Source: Cetorhinus maximus (taxonomy: Eukaryota). From it: a stretch of DNA of 64,000 nt. Shown here one piece after another: positions 11,790 through 23,221 of the stretch. Numbering within the stretch: position 1 is the first letter of the stretch; the number at the start of each line of letters is the position of its first letter. The stretch lies in contig NC_135893.1 in the NCBI RefSeq assembly GCF_964194155.1, positions 75,330,001-75,394,000 on the forward strand. Direction: 5' to 3'. A model generated the notes under the pieces. That model had not been told where the DNA came from and searched no databases. It saw only the letters and a list, made by a program, of their open reading frames with translations. The position numbers and the translations under genes are program-made.

Positions 11790-12700
11790 TGGAGAATAAT
11801 TGGTGTTATGTGAGAAGTGGATCCGTGTTTCAAGCCTGTGGTTACAAGGAGCCCCATTGAGTGTGAGGAGTGGATCCTACACCGGGATTGGTGAGTGTGA
11901 GATGTGGATCCTGCATGCCAATTGGGGAGTGTGAGGAGTGGATCCTGCACTAGCATTGGGGAATGTGAGGAGTGGATCCTGCAGCAGGACTGGGATGTGT
12001 GAGGAATGGATCCTGCACCAGGGTTGGGGAGTGTAAGGAGTGGCTCCTGTACCAGGATGGGGTGTGTGAGGAGTGGACGCTGAACTGTGATTGGTGGATG
12101 TGAAGAGAGGACCCTGCACCTGGATTGTGGAGTCAGTGGAGTGGATCCTAAACTGGGATTCGTGGTCATGAGGAGTGGATTCTATACTGTCATTAGTGGG
12201 TGTGAAGACTGGATCCTGCACTGGAATTGTGGAGTGAGCGGATTGGATTCTGAACTAGGTTGGTGAGTGTGAGGAGTGAATCTTGCACTGCCAGTGGTGA
12301 GTAAGAGGAATGGATCCTGCAATGCGATTGGTCAATGTAAGTGGTGGATCCTTCACCGGGACTGGTGAGTGTGAGGAGTGATCTTGCACTGTGATTAGTG
12401 AGTGAGGGGAATGGATCCTGTAATGGGATTGGCGAATGTGATTAGAGGATCCTGTACTGGGATTGGGGAGTATAGTGGATCCTGCACTCTGATTGTGAGG
12501 AGTGGATTCTGATGTGTGATTGGTGAATGTGAGTACATCCTGCAATGTGATTGGTTAGTGTAAATTGTCCCTGCACTGCAATTGGTGGGTGTGTGGCATT
12601 GTTCCTGCAATGTTATGGTTAGTGTGAGGATCTTGTAATGTGATTGGTTAATGTGAGGATCCTGCATTGTGATTGGTGAATGTGAGGAGTGGATCCTGTT
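11790..12700. repeat. ~34-bp minisatellite directly upstream of GFER
   Basis: About 26 diverged copies of GTGTGAGGAGTGGATCCTGCACTGGGATTGGTGA. The last copy ends about 27 nt before the ATG. Confidence 0.92.
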
Positions 12701-12722
12701 GCTCCCAGAATTCCGCGCGGTC

Positions 12723-12734
12723 CAAGATGGCGGC
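12723..12734 (+). promoter_or_regulatory. TISU element / YY1 site spanning the GFER start codon
   Basis: CAAGATGGCGGC is an exact match to the TISU consensus SAASATGGCGGC and lies in a small CpG-rich patch. Confidence 0.6.
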
Positions 12735-12882
12735 GCCCAGGCCGGGGCCGTTGGGCGGGTTCCCGTTTCCCACGGGAAATGACGGCGACCCCGGGGGCGG
12801 CGGAGAGAAGCTGAAGAGACCGTGTCGGGCCTGTGTAGACTTCAAGACGTGGATTCGCGAACAGAAGAAGGTGGTGTCTGCG
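12727..12882 (+). CDS. GFER: GFER (ALR/Erv1 FAD-linked sulfhydryl oxidase) coding exon 1
   Basis: MAAPRPGPLGGFPFP..KRPCRACVDFKTWIREQKKVVSA contains the shuttle CRAC motif. In-frame upstream TGA at 12670. Donor GCG|GTAAGA at 12883, with an alternative in-frame AAG|GTGGTG at 12871. Confidence 0.9.
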
Positions 12883-12934
12883 GTAAGAGAGGAGGAGGAG
12901 CGGCCGCCGGAGAGAAGGGGGGTTTGTTAGCGGA

Positions 12935-13750
12935 TTGGGGGAGTTAGTTGGTGGGAGGAGATTGGAGGAGGGAGTGTGGGGGAGGAGGAGGGTGTGGGGG
13001 AGGGGTTGAGGGAGAGGAGGAGGGTGTGGGGGAGGGGTTGAGGGAGAGGAGGAGGGTGTGGGGGAGGGGTTGAGGGAGAGGAGGAGGGTGTGGGGGAGGG
13101 GTTGAGGGAGAGGAGGAGGGTGTGGAGGAGGGGTTGAGGGGTGGAGGAGGGTGTGGGGCAGGGGTTGAGGGGGAGGAGGAGGGTGTGGGGGAGGGGTTGA
13201 GGGGGAGGATGAGGGTGTGGGGGAGGGGTTGAGGGGAAGGAGGAGGGTGTGAGGGAGGGGTTGAGGGGTGGAGGAGGGTGTGGGGCAGGGGTTGAGGGGG
13301 GGAGGAGGAGGGTGGGGGAGGGGGGGAGGAGGAGGGTGGGGGAGGGGTTGAGGGGAAGGAGGAGGGTGTGAGGGAGGGGTTGAGGGGTGGAGGAGGGTGT
13401 GGGGCAGGGGTTGAGGGGGAGGAGGAGCGTGTGGGGGTAAGAGGGTGTGGGGGCAGGAGGAGGGTGTGGGGGAGGCGTTGAGGGGGAGGAGGAAGGTGTG
13501 GGGGAGCGGTTGAGGAGCAGGAGGGTGTGGGGGGGGAGGAGGAGGGTGTGGGGGGGGAGGAGGAGGGTGTGGGGGAGGGGTTGAGCTGGAGGAGGAGGGT
13601 GTGGGGGAGGAGGAGGTGTTGAGGGGGAAGAGGAGGGTGTGGCGGAGGGGTTGGTGGGGAGGAGGAGTGTTTGGTGAGGGGGAGGAGGGGTTGAGGGGGA
13701 GGAGGAGGAGGGTGTGGGGAGGGGGAGGTGTTGGGGTTGAGGGGGGGGCA
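12935..13750. repeat. G-rich ~28-bp minisatellite (GAGGAGGAGGGTGTGGGGGAGGGGTTGAGG) at the start of GFER intron 1
   Basis: Tandem units with dense G3-G5 runs on the sense strand. Confidence 0.93.
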
Positions 13751-14465
13751 AAGGACAGGTCAGCTGATCAGAGCAATAGCATTTGGTCAAAGATCACTAG
13801 TTCAATAGAATTCCAGTAATTCGGACAGGGTCTGGTTTCCTAATTCTGTCATTTTTCTATTAAAGCTGCCGCTTCTGCCTTCCCTGATGTCTCTACGTAT
13901 CCACCTATAATTACAAATATCGCCATGATGTTCAGCGACCTGCAAACCACCACTCTTACCACATCCCGAGATCCAGTGCCATGCACTGTCACACATTCAC
14001 TCCCCATCTCTCACTCCAGCAGCACTGACTCACTCTATCTCAAAGCTACCTGGTCCACAGCTCCATTTCATTCTTTGATTTACCTGATGCTTTAACAAAC
14101 AGCATTTTTCCCTTTGAGGTTATAACAAGTTATGGATACTGATGCCATTTCAGATCCTCCTCCTGCATCCCTTTCCTCTGACCCCATTCCTCTCTTAGCC
14201 TGAACAAACTGTCCTCAGCAAAGGCCTCAGCTTCATCCTTTTATGCCCCCGCTTCAATGAATTTCAAACGTGGCATGATGCTGACCTCTTCTTCCATCAC
14301 TTGTCACATCCATGCCTACTTCTTCAGCCAGGAGTCTTCAAAATTCTCATTCTGCCTGGATCCTTCCATCTAGCCTCTTACTCTGTCTAGATCCTACCAC
14401 TGAGAACAGCTGGCATGACATTGACTGTCTCAGTTTCTCTGCTCCTCTCACTCACTCTCACCTAT

Positions 14466-14658
14466 TGTAGTGATTGTTGGTATAACCTTTCCTGCTCTCT
14501 TTAGATTGTTCTGATGAATGAGCCCTTAGTGTGGGTAATCCTGGGGGTGGAGCTTTCTAGTCATGGACATGGTTCAAGCATGTAGCTTCTAAACAAGCTC
14601 TGTAATAATGTCATCTGTTTCAAGTAAGAAACCTGTCCGGTACATCAAGTTCGTTACA
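14466..14658 (+). repeat. 5' LTR of the Gypsy element
   Basis: TGTAG...TTACA; direct repeat of 17814-18017. Confidence 0.9.
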
Positions 14659-14759
14659 TTTGACGGCAAGGGTCAAATAGCTCTGACGCTGCACCTCACC
14701 TTGTGAGTACATCAGTTCTTAAGGAAAGAAAGAAAAGTATACTCACCAGTCGTGCAGAA

Positions 14760-15650
14760 TCGACCTTTATAATGCATCCTTGGAAGACTGGAGCCAGTAC
14801 ACAGAGTGCCTAGGTTTTTATTTCGTGGCAAATGAAATAACAGCGGAGGAGAAGCAGAAAGCAATTCTTTTCAGTGTCTGGGGTAGCAAGACATGTAACC
14901 TCATCTGCAGTCTGACAGCCCCAATGAGCCCAATTCTAAACCTTTTACCGAATTGGTAGACCTTGCGATGACGCATTTTCAGCTGAAGCCGTCACTAATA
15001 ATGCGGAGGTTTAAGTTTGATTCCAGACTAAGGGCCCTGGGCGAGTCCATTACAACTTATATAGCGAAATTGAGACAGTTGACTGAGCACTGCGACTTTG
15101 GAGACATGCTTAAAGATGTTGCTGGACCGGTTAGTTTGTGGCGTTCACGACGATGCCATTCAGCTTCATTTAATTGCAGAAGTTAACATCGATTTGAAGC
15201 GTGCTATGGTAGTAGCGCTAGCCATGGAAAGTGCTACGAGGGACTTGCAGGCTTTATGGCGTACAACATGGCGCCATTCTTCAGTTGGGGCAGGAGCCTA
15301 CCGCCGGGCATGGCACACACAAAAACCAGAGAGACAGCAGCGAAGCAGGAGACAGTCTCTGCTGCTCGAAAAATGTAAAGGCCTAGTGGAAGCATTTCAG
15401 CAGCGATTCAGAGACCAATCTGTTACGGATGTGGAGGTAACCAAGTACCTGAAACCTGTCGATTCAAGGAGGGAGAATGCCTTTACTGCCACTAAAAAGG
15501 GCATGTAATAAAGCAATGCAGGGCGAAATCGAGACAGCCCATCAGACAGCAGACCAAGATGATTGAAGTGCATAATATAACATAACCAGAAGCTGCTGAT
15601 GCTGATATTTATTCCCTATACAATGTCAAAGCAATAAAACTGAACCAATA
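14760..15650 (+). pseudogene. Gypsy gag remnant with zinc knuckles, running into the protease start
   Basis: EDWSQYTECLGFYFVANEI, RRFKF..GESITTYIAKLRQLTEHCDFG, LLDRLVCGV, CYGCGG..CLYCH*KGHVIKQC, then KTEPI. Frameshifted. Confidence 0.8.
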
Positions 15651-16633
15651 CCCTCTGCAGACTGTATTGCAGGGCTCCACCAGACCGATCCAGGCACCGG
15701 AACCTCATCTTCAGCATCCCGATGGTCTGCTCCACCAAATCGCAAGCTGCAGCATGAGCCTCATTATACTGTTGTTCTGCTGCAGCCTGAGGCCGCCGCA
15801 TGGGTGTCATCTGCGGGTAGCCCTTGTCCCTGAGGAGCCATCCCTGCAGTTTCTGTGGACCCTGGAAGACTCCAGGGATCTGTGACCGACTGAGGATGTA
15901 GGTGTCGTGTACACTCCCTGGAAACTGCGCACACCTGCAGGATGCATTTCTGGAGGTCGCATACCAGTTGCACATTCGGTGAGTGGAATCCCTTGCGGTT
16001 GATGTAGTCCATTGTGTGCAGCGATGGAGACCTGAACGCCACATGGGTGCAGTCAATCGCACCCTGCACCTGTGGGAAACCTGAGATCTGGACAAATCCA
16101 ATGGCCCTTGCAATCTGGCTGTCCTGGTTCTGGGTGAAATGCACAAAGTTATGTACCCTCGCAAAGATGGCATCTGTGACTTCATGGATATAATTGTGGG
16201 CAGAGGCTTGTGATATCCCACAGAGGTCACCTGTGGAGTGCTGAAAGGAGCCACTAGTGTAGAAATTGAGCGCTGCGGTCGCTTTCACAGCCACTGGCAG
16301 TGGATGCCCTCCACGTCCCCTTGGTGCCAAGTCCTGCAGTAAGTGGCAGATGTGAGCGACCAGGTCCCTAGGCATGCGCAGTCGTCGGCAACACTGGTTC
16401 TCAGTCACCTGCAGAAATGTGAGGTGGCATCCAAAGACACTGGGCATAGCTAGGCGCCTACCAGCCACAGCTCGCTGTTGCCCCTGGGCAATGTGTATGG
16501 GAGCCCCAGCAGCCCCTTCTCCCTGAAGCTGCTATTCCTGCCTTTGCGCGGCCAGGCACCTCAGTTACTCGCTCCTCCGTCGCCTTTGCTCTCTGTAGGC
16601 CATCAGGCATTCAGCTAGGTCACCAGGTTCCAT
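15650..16633 (-). pseudogene. Harbinger (HARBI1-family, DDE_Tnp_4) transposase, disrupted
   Basis: LPVAVKATAALNFYTSGSFQ..GDLCGISQ, GFPQVQGAIDCTHV, NRKGFHS.NVQLVCD, FPGSVHD, DKGYP, YNEAH..VEQTIGMLKMRFRCLD. Frameshift, stops and 3' truncation. Confidence 0.9.
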
Positions 16634-17716
16634 GCTCCGGATTGTAGTCCTCCTGCGGCATGAAAGAGAGAGACACGTGTGTGATGGCCCCTTAACACTT
16701 CCCGGAGAGTGCTGTCCACCTCTCGGATGGCCACAGATGAGTGCGCTGCATGGCTGTCCTGTCAGCCTGCAACATGGGGGAGACAGCTCCTGACCGGGTT
16801 GCTGAGATTACAAGGGGCTGTGAGGGCCTCCAGCAGTGACTGCTACATGGCCAGCGTTGTCGAGGAGATTGTATGACGTGTGCAGCCCAACTGCTCTGCG
16901 ATCCAGTAAAGTGGACTCGCAGCCTGTGTCGGGGGGAGGTGGGGTGGGGTGGGGGGGGGGGGGGGGTGGTAAAGTGCGCTTGGTGGCTTTTTGGTGCCTC
17001 CGCGTTGCTTGCATGGGTGGACAGGCTAGGAGCCTGACCCCAATCATATCACTGTGGCTGCGCCTGCTCTGTCTCAGTTGCAGAGGAATGGTCAGTTTAT
17101 ACAGGTGTCCTTACTGTGTGGCCACTCCTCTCGCCTACCCTGCCCCCCACCTCGATCTCTTGTGCGTGGGATCCAATGCCAGGGCAGCATTTGCCGCCCC
17201 CACGCCCCGACAACAGCAACAGTTGCCTCCGAGATTGGGTAGCAGTTGTCCCTGGACCCCCCCCCCCCCCCCCAAGAAAACAGGCTCCTCCGAGGCAGGG
17301 TGGCACTTCTCCCAGGCACCCCACCCCCACCCCCCTCCCCCCGGCGCCCCTGAAACCTGCAAAGCAACAGGCAACCCTGGCGAGCTGTGGAAAACGATGC
17401 TATTCACTCGCCTCAGTTTCCCCGAATTGAAGGCCACCAAGTGTACGTCACCTGTTTGTCGTTGTGAAACATGTCGACGTGCTTTCCCGCCGATGTGGAC
17501 GGACGACCTAGCGGGGGTCCAAGAGCCTGGCGGGATGGACTTTTAGTGATATGCTGATGCATTACAATGAGCTCCCTGACGACCGTTGACGGGAAACGTG
17601 GCCTGAGCGGAAGATCGTGACCTGCCTTCCTGCCGTTGTGAAACCGATCGCGCCATATTGTCCGCGCACGCCACCTATCACGCCTGCTGCTGCCAGCGGC
17701 ACAGAAAATTCCGCCC
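15650..17716 (-). mobile_element. Harbinger transposon with one end lost, nested in the Gypsy element
   Basis: Terminus GAAAATTCCGCCC ends at 17716 and is followed by TTA. The subterminal region is homologous to 4268 and 54475. Carries a transposase remnant. Confidence 0.88.
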
Positions 17717-17813
17717 TTAATTTTTAATCATGTGACCTGTGTATGTATGTATTTGTTGTGGTTTAAGATATTCTTTGTAACTAGGAAATGTAGAAAACTA
17801 AAGGGGGAGGAAA

Positions 17814-18017
17814 GGTAGTGATTGAAGGTATAACCTTCCCTGCTGCCTTTAGGGGGTTACATGATTGTTCTGATGAATGAGCCCTAAGTGTGGGTAATCC
17901 TGGGGCCAGAGCTTTCTAGTCATGGACCTGGTTTGAGGATGTAGCTTCTAAAAGAGTTCTGTAATAAAGTTATCTGTTTCAAGTAGGAAACCTGTCTGGT
18001 ACATCAAATTCATTATA
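17814..18017 (+). repeat. 3' LTR of the Gypsy element
   Basis: Follows the PPT and matches the 5' LTR, with one ~11-nt indel. Confidence 0.9.
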
Positions 18018-19539
18018 CCTATCTACCTCTGAATTTGCAACGCTCCATTGTCTTGGGTCCAATCCTGTCACTGTCATTAAATCTGCTGACGAGGGCAGTG
18101 CTATTGTTGTTTGGCAAACTGACCTCTACCTAGCCGAGGCTGAAAGCCAACTCTTCGATGTTTCTCCTATCTCTCTCTGGACCATAACCCCACCACTGAA
18201 CGTGAAGCCGATATTTCCAAGAGTCACTGATGTCATCTCCTCCGCAAATCTTCCTTCCATGTCCCCCAAATTCATGGCCCCTAACCTCAAACAGCTCGCT
18301 TCTACATCCTTCCCAAGATCCACAAACAGGCCCTGGTGAACCTATTGTTTCAGCCAGTTCTTGCCTCACAGAACCTATTTCTTCCCGACTGAATTCTTTT
18401 CTCCCTGTGTCCAGCCTCTTCTCGCCCACGTCCTGCCTCTTCCGGCCCACGTCCAGCCTCCCTTCCAATGTCCTCCGTCACTCTAACAGTTTCCTGGCCT
18501 GAACTATCTCCTTTTCAATCTCTTGCACCTCCATCTCCCACTAGGGCAGTTGGAGAGGTGTCCGCTTCTTCCTTGAATGGAAGCTCAGTCAGTTCCCCAT
18601 CCATGACCATGCTCCTCTGCCTGGCCGAACTCATTCTGTCTTTGAACAACTTGCCTTTTAACTCCACTCACTTCCTTGAAATAAAAAGCATTGCTGTGAG
18701 AACACCTAGGGTCCTAGCTATGCCTGTCTTTTTGTGGGGTATATGGAAGATTCTTTGTTCCAGTCTTAAACGGGTCTCCTCCCCACATCTTTTTCCAGCA
18801 TGTTGATGACTGGTAGCTATACCATTTCCTCTCTTGCCCTGAGCTAGAAAATTTCATCAGCCTTGCCTCCAGTTTCCACCTTTCCCGTTCTTACATATTA
18901 AATTATAATTTCGTTCCCAGTATCCATTACCTATTATAATTACATCATTGTACACTGGAATTGTTTTAAACTAGGTACACAATTTGGCCAGATATCTTCT
19001 GCAGTCATGTTAAGTAGACATTTATTATGCACCAGAATTGGAGCGGCCGTGGACAAATTCGAAAATCTTACAGCACGCCAAAAGGATGTTTAACTCCTTA
19101 TGTCTATGCTGGGGCTTTAAAAGAACTCTCCGATTAGTCTTACTTGCTACCCGACAAAATCTAAAGAATAATTTTAGAGTCACCGACTTTATCTATGAAA
19201 GGCTATTTTTTCTATCAAGAGATACTGACCCTATCTAGATTACTGCATTTCGTTTTTGGCACTGAATGTTAGCAAAGATATATTGGCCTTTAGCAGGTAC
19301 ATTACAGATTCACCCAGATGATTTAAAAACGGGAAGTGCTGGAAAAACTCAGCAGGTCTGGCAGCATCAATGGAGAGAGAAACAAAGTTAACGCTTCGAG
19401 TCCAATATGACTTGGGTCCAATATGACCCAAATTATACCAGGCTGAAAGTGTTAAATTATGAAGACAGGTTGCATAACCTTGGCTTGTATTCCCCTGAGT
19501 TTAGGCAGTTGGTGAGTGATCTAATCAGGGTCTTCAAAG

Positions 19540-20310
19540 TGACATTGAGCCACAAAAGGCAATATTAAGGAAGATGACCAAAACTTTGGTCAGAGATGTA
19601 GGTTTTAAGCAGCATCTTAAAGGAGAGAGCAGGTTTAGGCAGGGAATTCAAGAGTTTAGGTCCTGTCAGCTGAAGGAACGGACACCAGTGGTAGAGCGAT
19701 TAAAATCAGGATTCTCCAGAGGCCGAATTAGAGGAGTGCATGCCTTGGAAGTTATGGAGATAGGAAGGGGTGAGGCCATGGAAGGATTTGAAAACAAGGA
19801 TGAGAATCGTAAAATCACGAGGTTGCTTAATGTAGGTTAGTGATGGGTGAATGGGATGGTGCGAGTAAGGCAGCAGATTTATGGATGACATTAAAGGTCA
19901 AGTCTAGAGGTAACAAAAGCACAGGTAAAGGTTTCAGCAGTGAATGAGCTGAGGCAGGGGTGGAATCAGGCGATGTTACAGAGGTGAAAATAGGCGATCT
20001 TATTGGCACAAATATGTGGTCGGAAGCTCATCTCATGGTCACATATGACAACATGGTCTGGTTCAGCTTCAGACACTTGCCAAGGAAAGAAATGGAGTTG
20101 TAACTAAGGAGCAGAGTTTGTAGCAGGCACCAAAGACAATAACTTTGACCTTCCCAATAATTAATCAGAGGAAATTTATGCTCATCCAGTACTGGATGGA
20201 GGGTAATTTAGAGACCATGGAGGAGTCAGGACAGGCAGTCGTAAGGTAGAGCTGGGTGGCAACAGTGTAAATGTGAAATTTGACACTGTTTTCTGATGAT
20301 GTCACCAAGA
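19540..20310 (-). mobile_element. L2 LINE 3' fragment
   Basis: Minus ORF DFTILILVFKSFHGLTPSYL is typical of the L2 C-terminus. Confidence 0.7.
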
Positions 20311-21312
20311 TGATAACGAAGAGGAGCAACCACCACTCCCCTGCTGCAGTATATCATTGGTATTAATAAAATTGTTGGTTCTGAGACAATTCACACCATT
20401 TTTAAGATCAACATAAGAGGTTTACCTCCCATTCACTAAGCAATGACAAAACAGCAGAGGAGTGCAGAAAGTTCAGGCAGTGCAGGATTACCTCCAAAGG
20501 AACAGTGTGAATAGGATAGGGGAAGTTGATGTCGACATGAATAGCAAATTATGTACCTGCTTTTTATGTATTATATGTGAGGTCTATGGGTTTCAGTTTT
20601 CACAAGAAAAATAAACTGAATTGATGATCTCAAAATGCTATCTAAAATTTCTGAAATCCAAAGTAACAAAGAATTCAGCTTGCTCTTATCACCTTGAAAA
20701 GATGGCTTGGTGATCGGCCTTTTATTCAGGGCTGTTTCCCACCTATCCCCTGTTCTTGAGCTGTCAGGTTTTCAGTGTTTTTTTGTAAGCTGGCATTGAG
20801 GATGCTAAATCTGGTTCAATGTATTGCTGGAAGTGCCATTGTGATGAAAGAAAGAGAACGTCCCCAGTTCCTATAGTTTCTCCACATAACTGAAGTCCCA
20901 CATCCCTGACACAATTCTGATAAATCTGCTCTACACCCTATAGATGGCTGTGCCATCCTTCCTAAAGTGGTGATGCCCTTCCTCATGCAATTTCTCTCAC
21001 ATGAGCCCTTTACATTTGGATTCACTAACAACGTTGATTTGAATTTTAAACGGAACCCCCTGAACAGACCCTAATCCAATATATCCTTTTGAAAAATGCA
21101 AATTTACAATGCAGTGCTTCTTAAAAATAGGCGTAGCACAGGTATGGTAGGATTTGTTATTGCTGGGTTTCTTTAAGTTGAAATGGCTGAGTATAATCTG
21201 CAAAGGAATGATTGTGAAATTACTCATGTCTAAATACAAAGTGTTTGCTTCATTCTATTTAACACTTTAAGATTTATAATTTTTTAGATTTGCTACACTT
21301 GTTCAATTACAG

Positions 21313-21524
21313 GATGTTGCAGAAGACCTGGATAAGGAGCGTCCTGTTGAATGCCCTTTAGACCGTGAAGAACTGGGAAGAAGCACCTGGTCTTTCCTAC
21401 ATACGATGGCAGCATATTACCCAGACAGGCCCACCAATAATCAACAGGGGGACATGAAGCAGTTTATTTCTTTGTTTTCAAAGTTCTTTCCTTGTGAGGA
21501 GTGTGCAGAAGACTTGAGAGAAAG
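21313..21524 (+). CDS. GFER: GFER coding exon 2
   Basis: TTACAG|GAT.. [61 protein letters not shown] contains the active-site CEEC. Donor AG|GTCAGT, phase 2. Confidence 0.96.
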
Positions 21525-23058
21525 GTCAGTGTGTACTTCTAATTTGCATTTGATTTTGTTAGTTGGTTACCGGGAAAACCCTTTGACTAACTGTTGCAGC
21601 CTTGTTTCTCTGGGCTAATCTGAAATAAAATTGTATTGAAGCTACTCGAACAGCAAAAGTAAATCTGGTACTGGAGCATTAATCCTACAAAAATAAATGC
21701 TCAAAATAATTTGAAGTAACTTGAAACAATCCCTGTTTTATTCTGCTATCTGTAATTCACTTTATTCCCTTGTCGTTTTTATTAGTTTTAATGTTTTTTT
21801 TCTATTATGAAGCCTTTCCTCCCATCCCCTCTCCTCTCCCCTCATCTTTTGACCTGAATTTAAAATAGGTTACTTTAGCTTTTTTTAAAATTTTGTCCCC
21901 ACACTCCTGCCTTGTGGTTTGGACGTTTAAACGACTTTGGAAAAATTTACTTGACTAAAACCTGATCCAATTTATTAAATGGAAAAGCAAAGATTGCCAT
22001 GGCCATTATATCAGTTTTTGAGACCCTGTTTTTTTTTTCCACTCCGGTTTTCACTCATTCCCTTCTTTCCTGTAGGGCAGCGACCCCTTGCTGGAAAATA
22101 CCAAGTGGCCACCCTTATTTATGGATGAGTCATCACAGCTGAGCTCATTCTTGACCTTCCCTGATAACAAAACAGGCTTGAACAGAAGTCGCTGGGTAGC
22201 GATAAGAATCAGATCCTTGGCTGCTGCTTTTCTCTTTTCCTTCCTGCAGCAGAAATGCCACTGAAACCAGTTGGTAAATGCTGCGGCTGCCACTCCAGTT
22301 TGGCGCGCACAGTGATTTGAACCCGTGACATTTTGTGCCTGTGTGGTGTGGTCGCACACTATGTATAATTGTTTAATATATGGAATGCTTGCAGTGCAGT
22401 AAGTAAATAAAAAAGCCTAATTGGAGGGTAATGTTCAGCTGGAGGCTGATGCTTAGGTAAGGGTCTGAGGGCGGTGGGGTTGTTGAGCCATGAGTTCAAT
22501 CTAATGTAGCTGAATGGATGGCATTTGGCGATTGGAGGCTGTATGCTAGAACTGAATTTTAAGTCAGCCCCCAAGTCAGGGAGGTAGGTTGAGGTCATGT
22601 CAACAACAGCAGGATATGGGGTGGGTAGTGTGTTGGGTGAGATGGATCTTTGGGTAGAGGCGTAAAGGATTTGAATGGAGGTAACAGGCTAGAGCTAGGC
22701 ACCTAGTTAAAGTCTGTGGGTTGTGTGTGGATTGGTGAGTTGGGCATTAGTGTTAAATTGGGAGTGGACAGAGAGGCTGGCTGTGAGTTAGGTGGCAGCA
22801 GGGAGGCAGTTGCAGGATACAATGTGACTGCTTTGTTTTTTGATTGTCGATTTGATTGAATATGCTGTCCACCTGGAAGAAAATGCAATGTGATTTTCTG
22901 GCCCTTGTCAGCAAGCTCAGGAAATGTGTCCCTGTGCAATGTAGCAATGTCAAGGCAAAATAAGATAACAAATAGATTTTGCTCAGCGAAACATTTGGGA
23001 AAACTTCACTTTGGAATCCTTTCTTGAAGCTAATCCTGTTTTTAATTCACTGTTGTAG

Positions 23059-23221
23059 ACTGAAGACAATGCCTCCAGACACAAGCAACAGGTATAAATT
23101 TTCCCAGTGGATGTGCCTTCTCCACAATGACATTAACAAGCGAGTGGGAAAACCAGAGTTCGATTGCTCCAAGGTGGATGAACGATGGAGAGATGGATGG
23201 AAGGATGGTTCATGTGATTGA
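23059..23221 (+). CDS. GFER: GFER coding exon 3
   Basis: TTGTAG|A completes Arg, then [45 protein letters not shown], the canonical ALR C-terminus with CX16C. Total protein 176 aa (172 with the proximal donor). Confidence 0.97.

Larger units (their letters stand above)
14466..18017 (+). mobile_element. Gypsy LTR retrotransposon with pol deleted
   Basis: Paired LTRs at 14466-14658 and 17814-18017. 5-bp TSD CCTAT at 14461-14465 and 18018-18022. PBS-like TTTGACGGCAAGG after the 5' LTR and PPT AAAGGGGGAGGAAA at 17800-17813. Confidence 0.9.
13830..18890 (+). mobile_element. Decayed Penelope-like retroelement, split by a Gypsy insertion
   Basis: After 18023 it reads SNPVTVIKSADEGSAIVVWQTDLYLAEAESQL (the PADKG motif), followed by PKIHK and PIVS motifs. 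The pieces rejoin across the TSD CCTAT. Confidence 0.8.

Noticed and set aside
11790-12700. CRISPR-like look (conserved ~18-nt block plus variable ~15 nt)
   Set aside because: The variable parts are short and related to each other, the repeats are degenerate, there are no cas genes, and the context is vertebrate. It is a minisatellite.
12673-12726. 18-aa N-terminal extension of GFER
   Set aside because: Starts at a TTG inside the minisatellite right after a TGA. The ATG at 12727 has ideal context.
12927-13790. 287-aa proline-rich ORF on the minus strand
   Set aside because: Translation of the G-rich minisatellite.
14510-14535. CTGATGA in the Gypsy LTRs as a hammerhead or snoRNA box
   Set aside because: No stem II followed by GAAA and no C/D terminal stem.
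15650-16633. Domesticated HARBI1 host gene
   Set aside because: Frameshifted, truncated, TIR-bounded and nested in a Gypsy element, so it is a transposon remnant.
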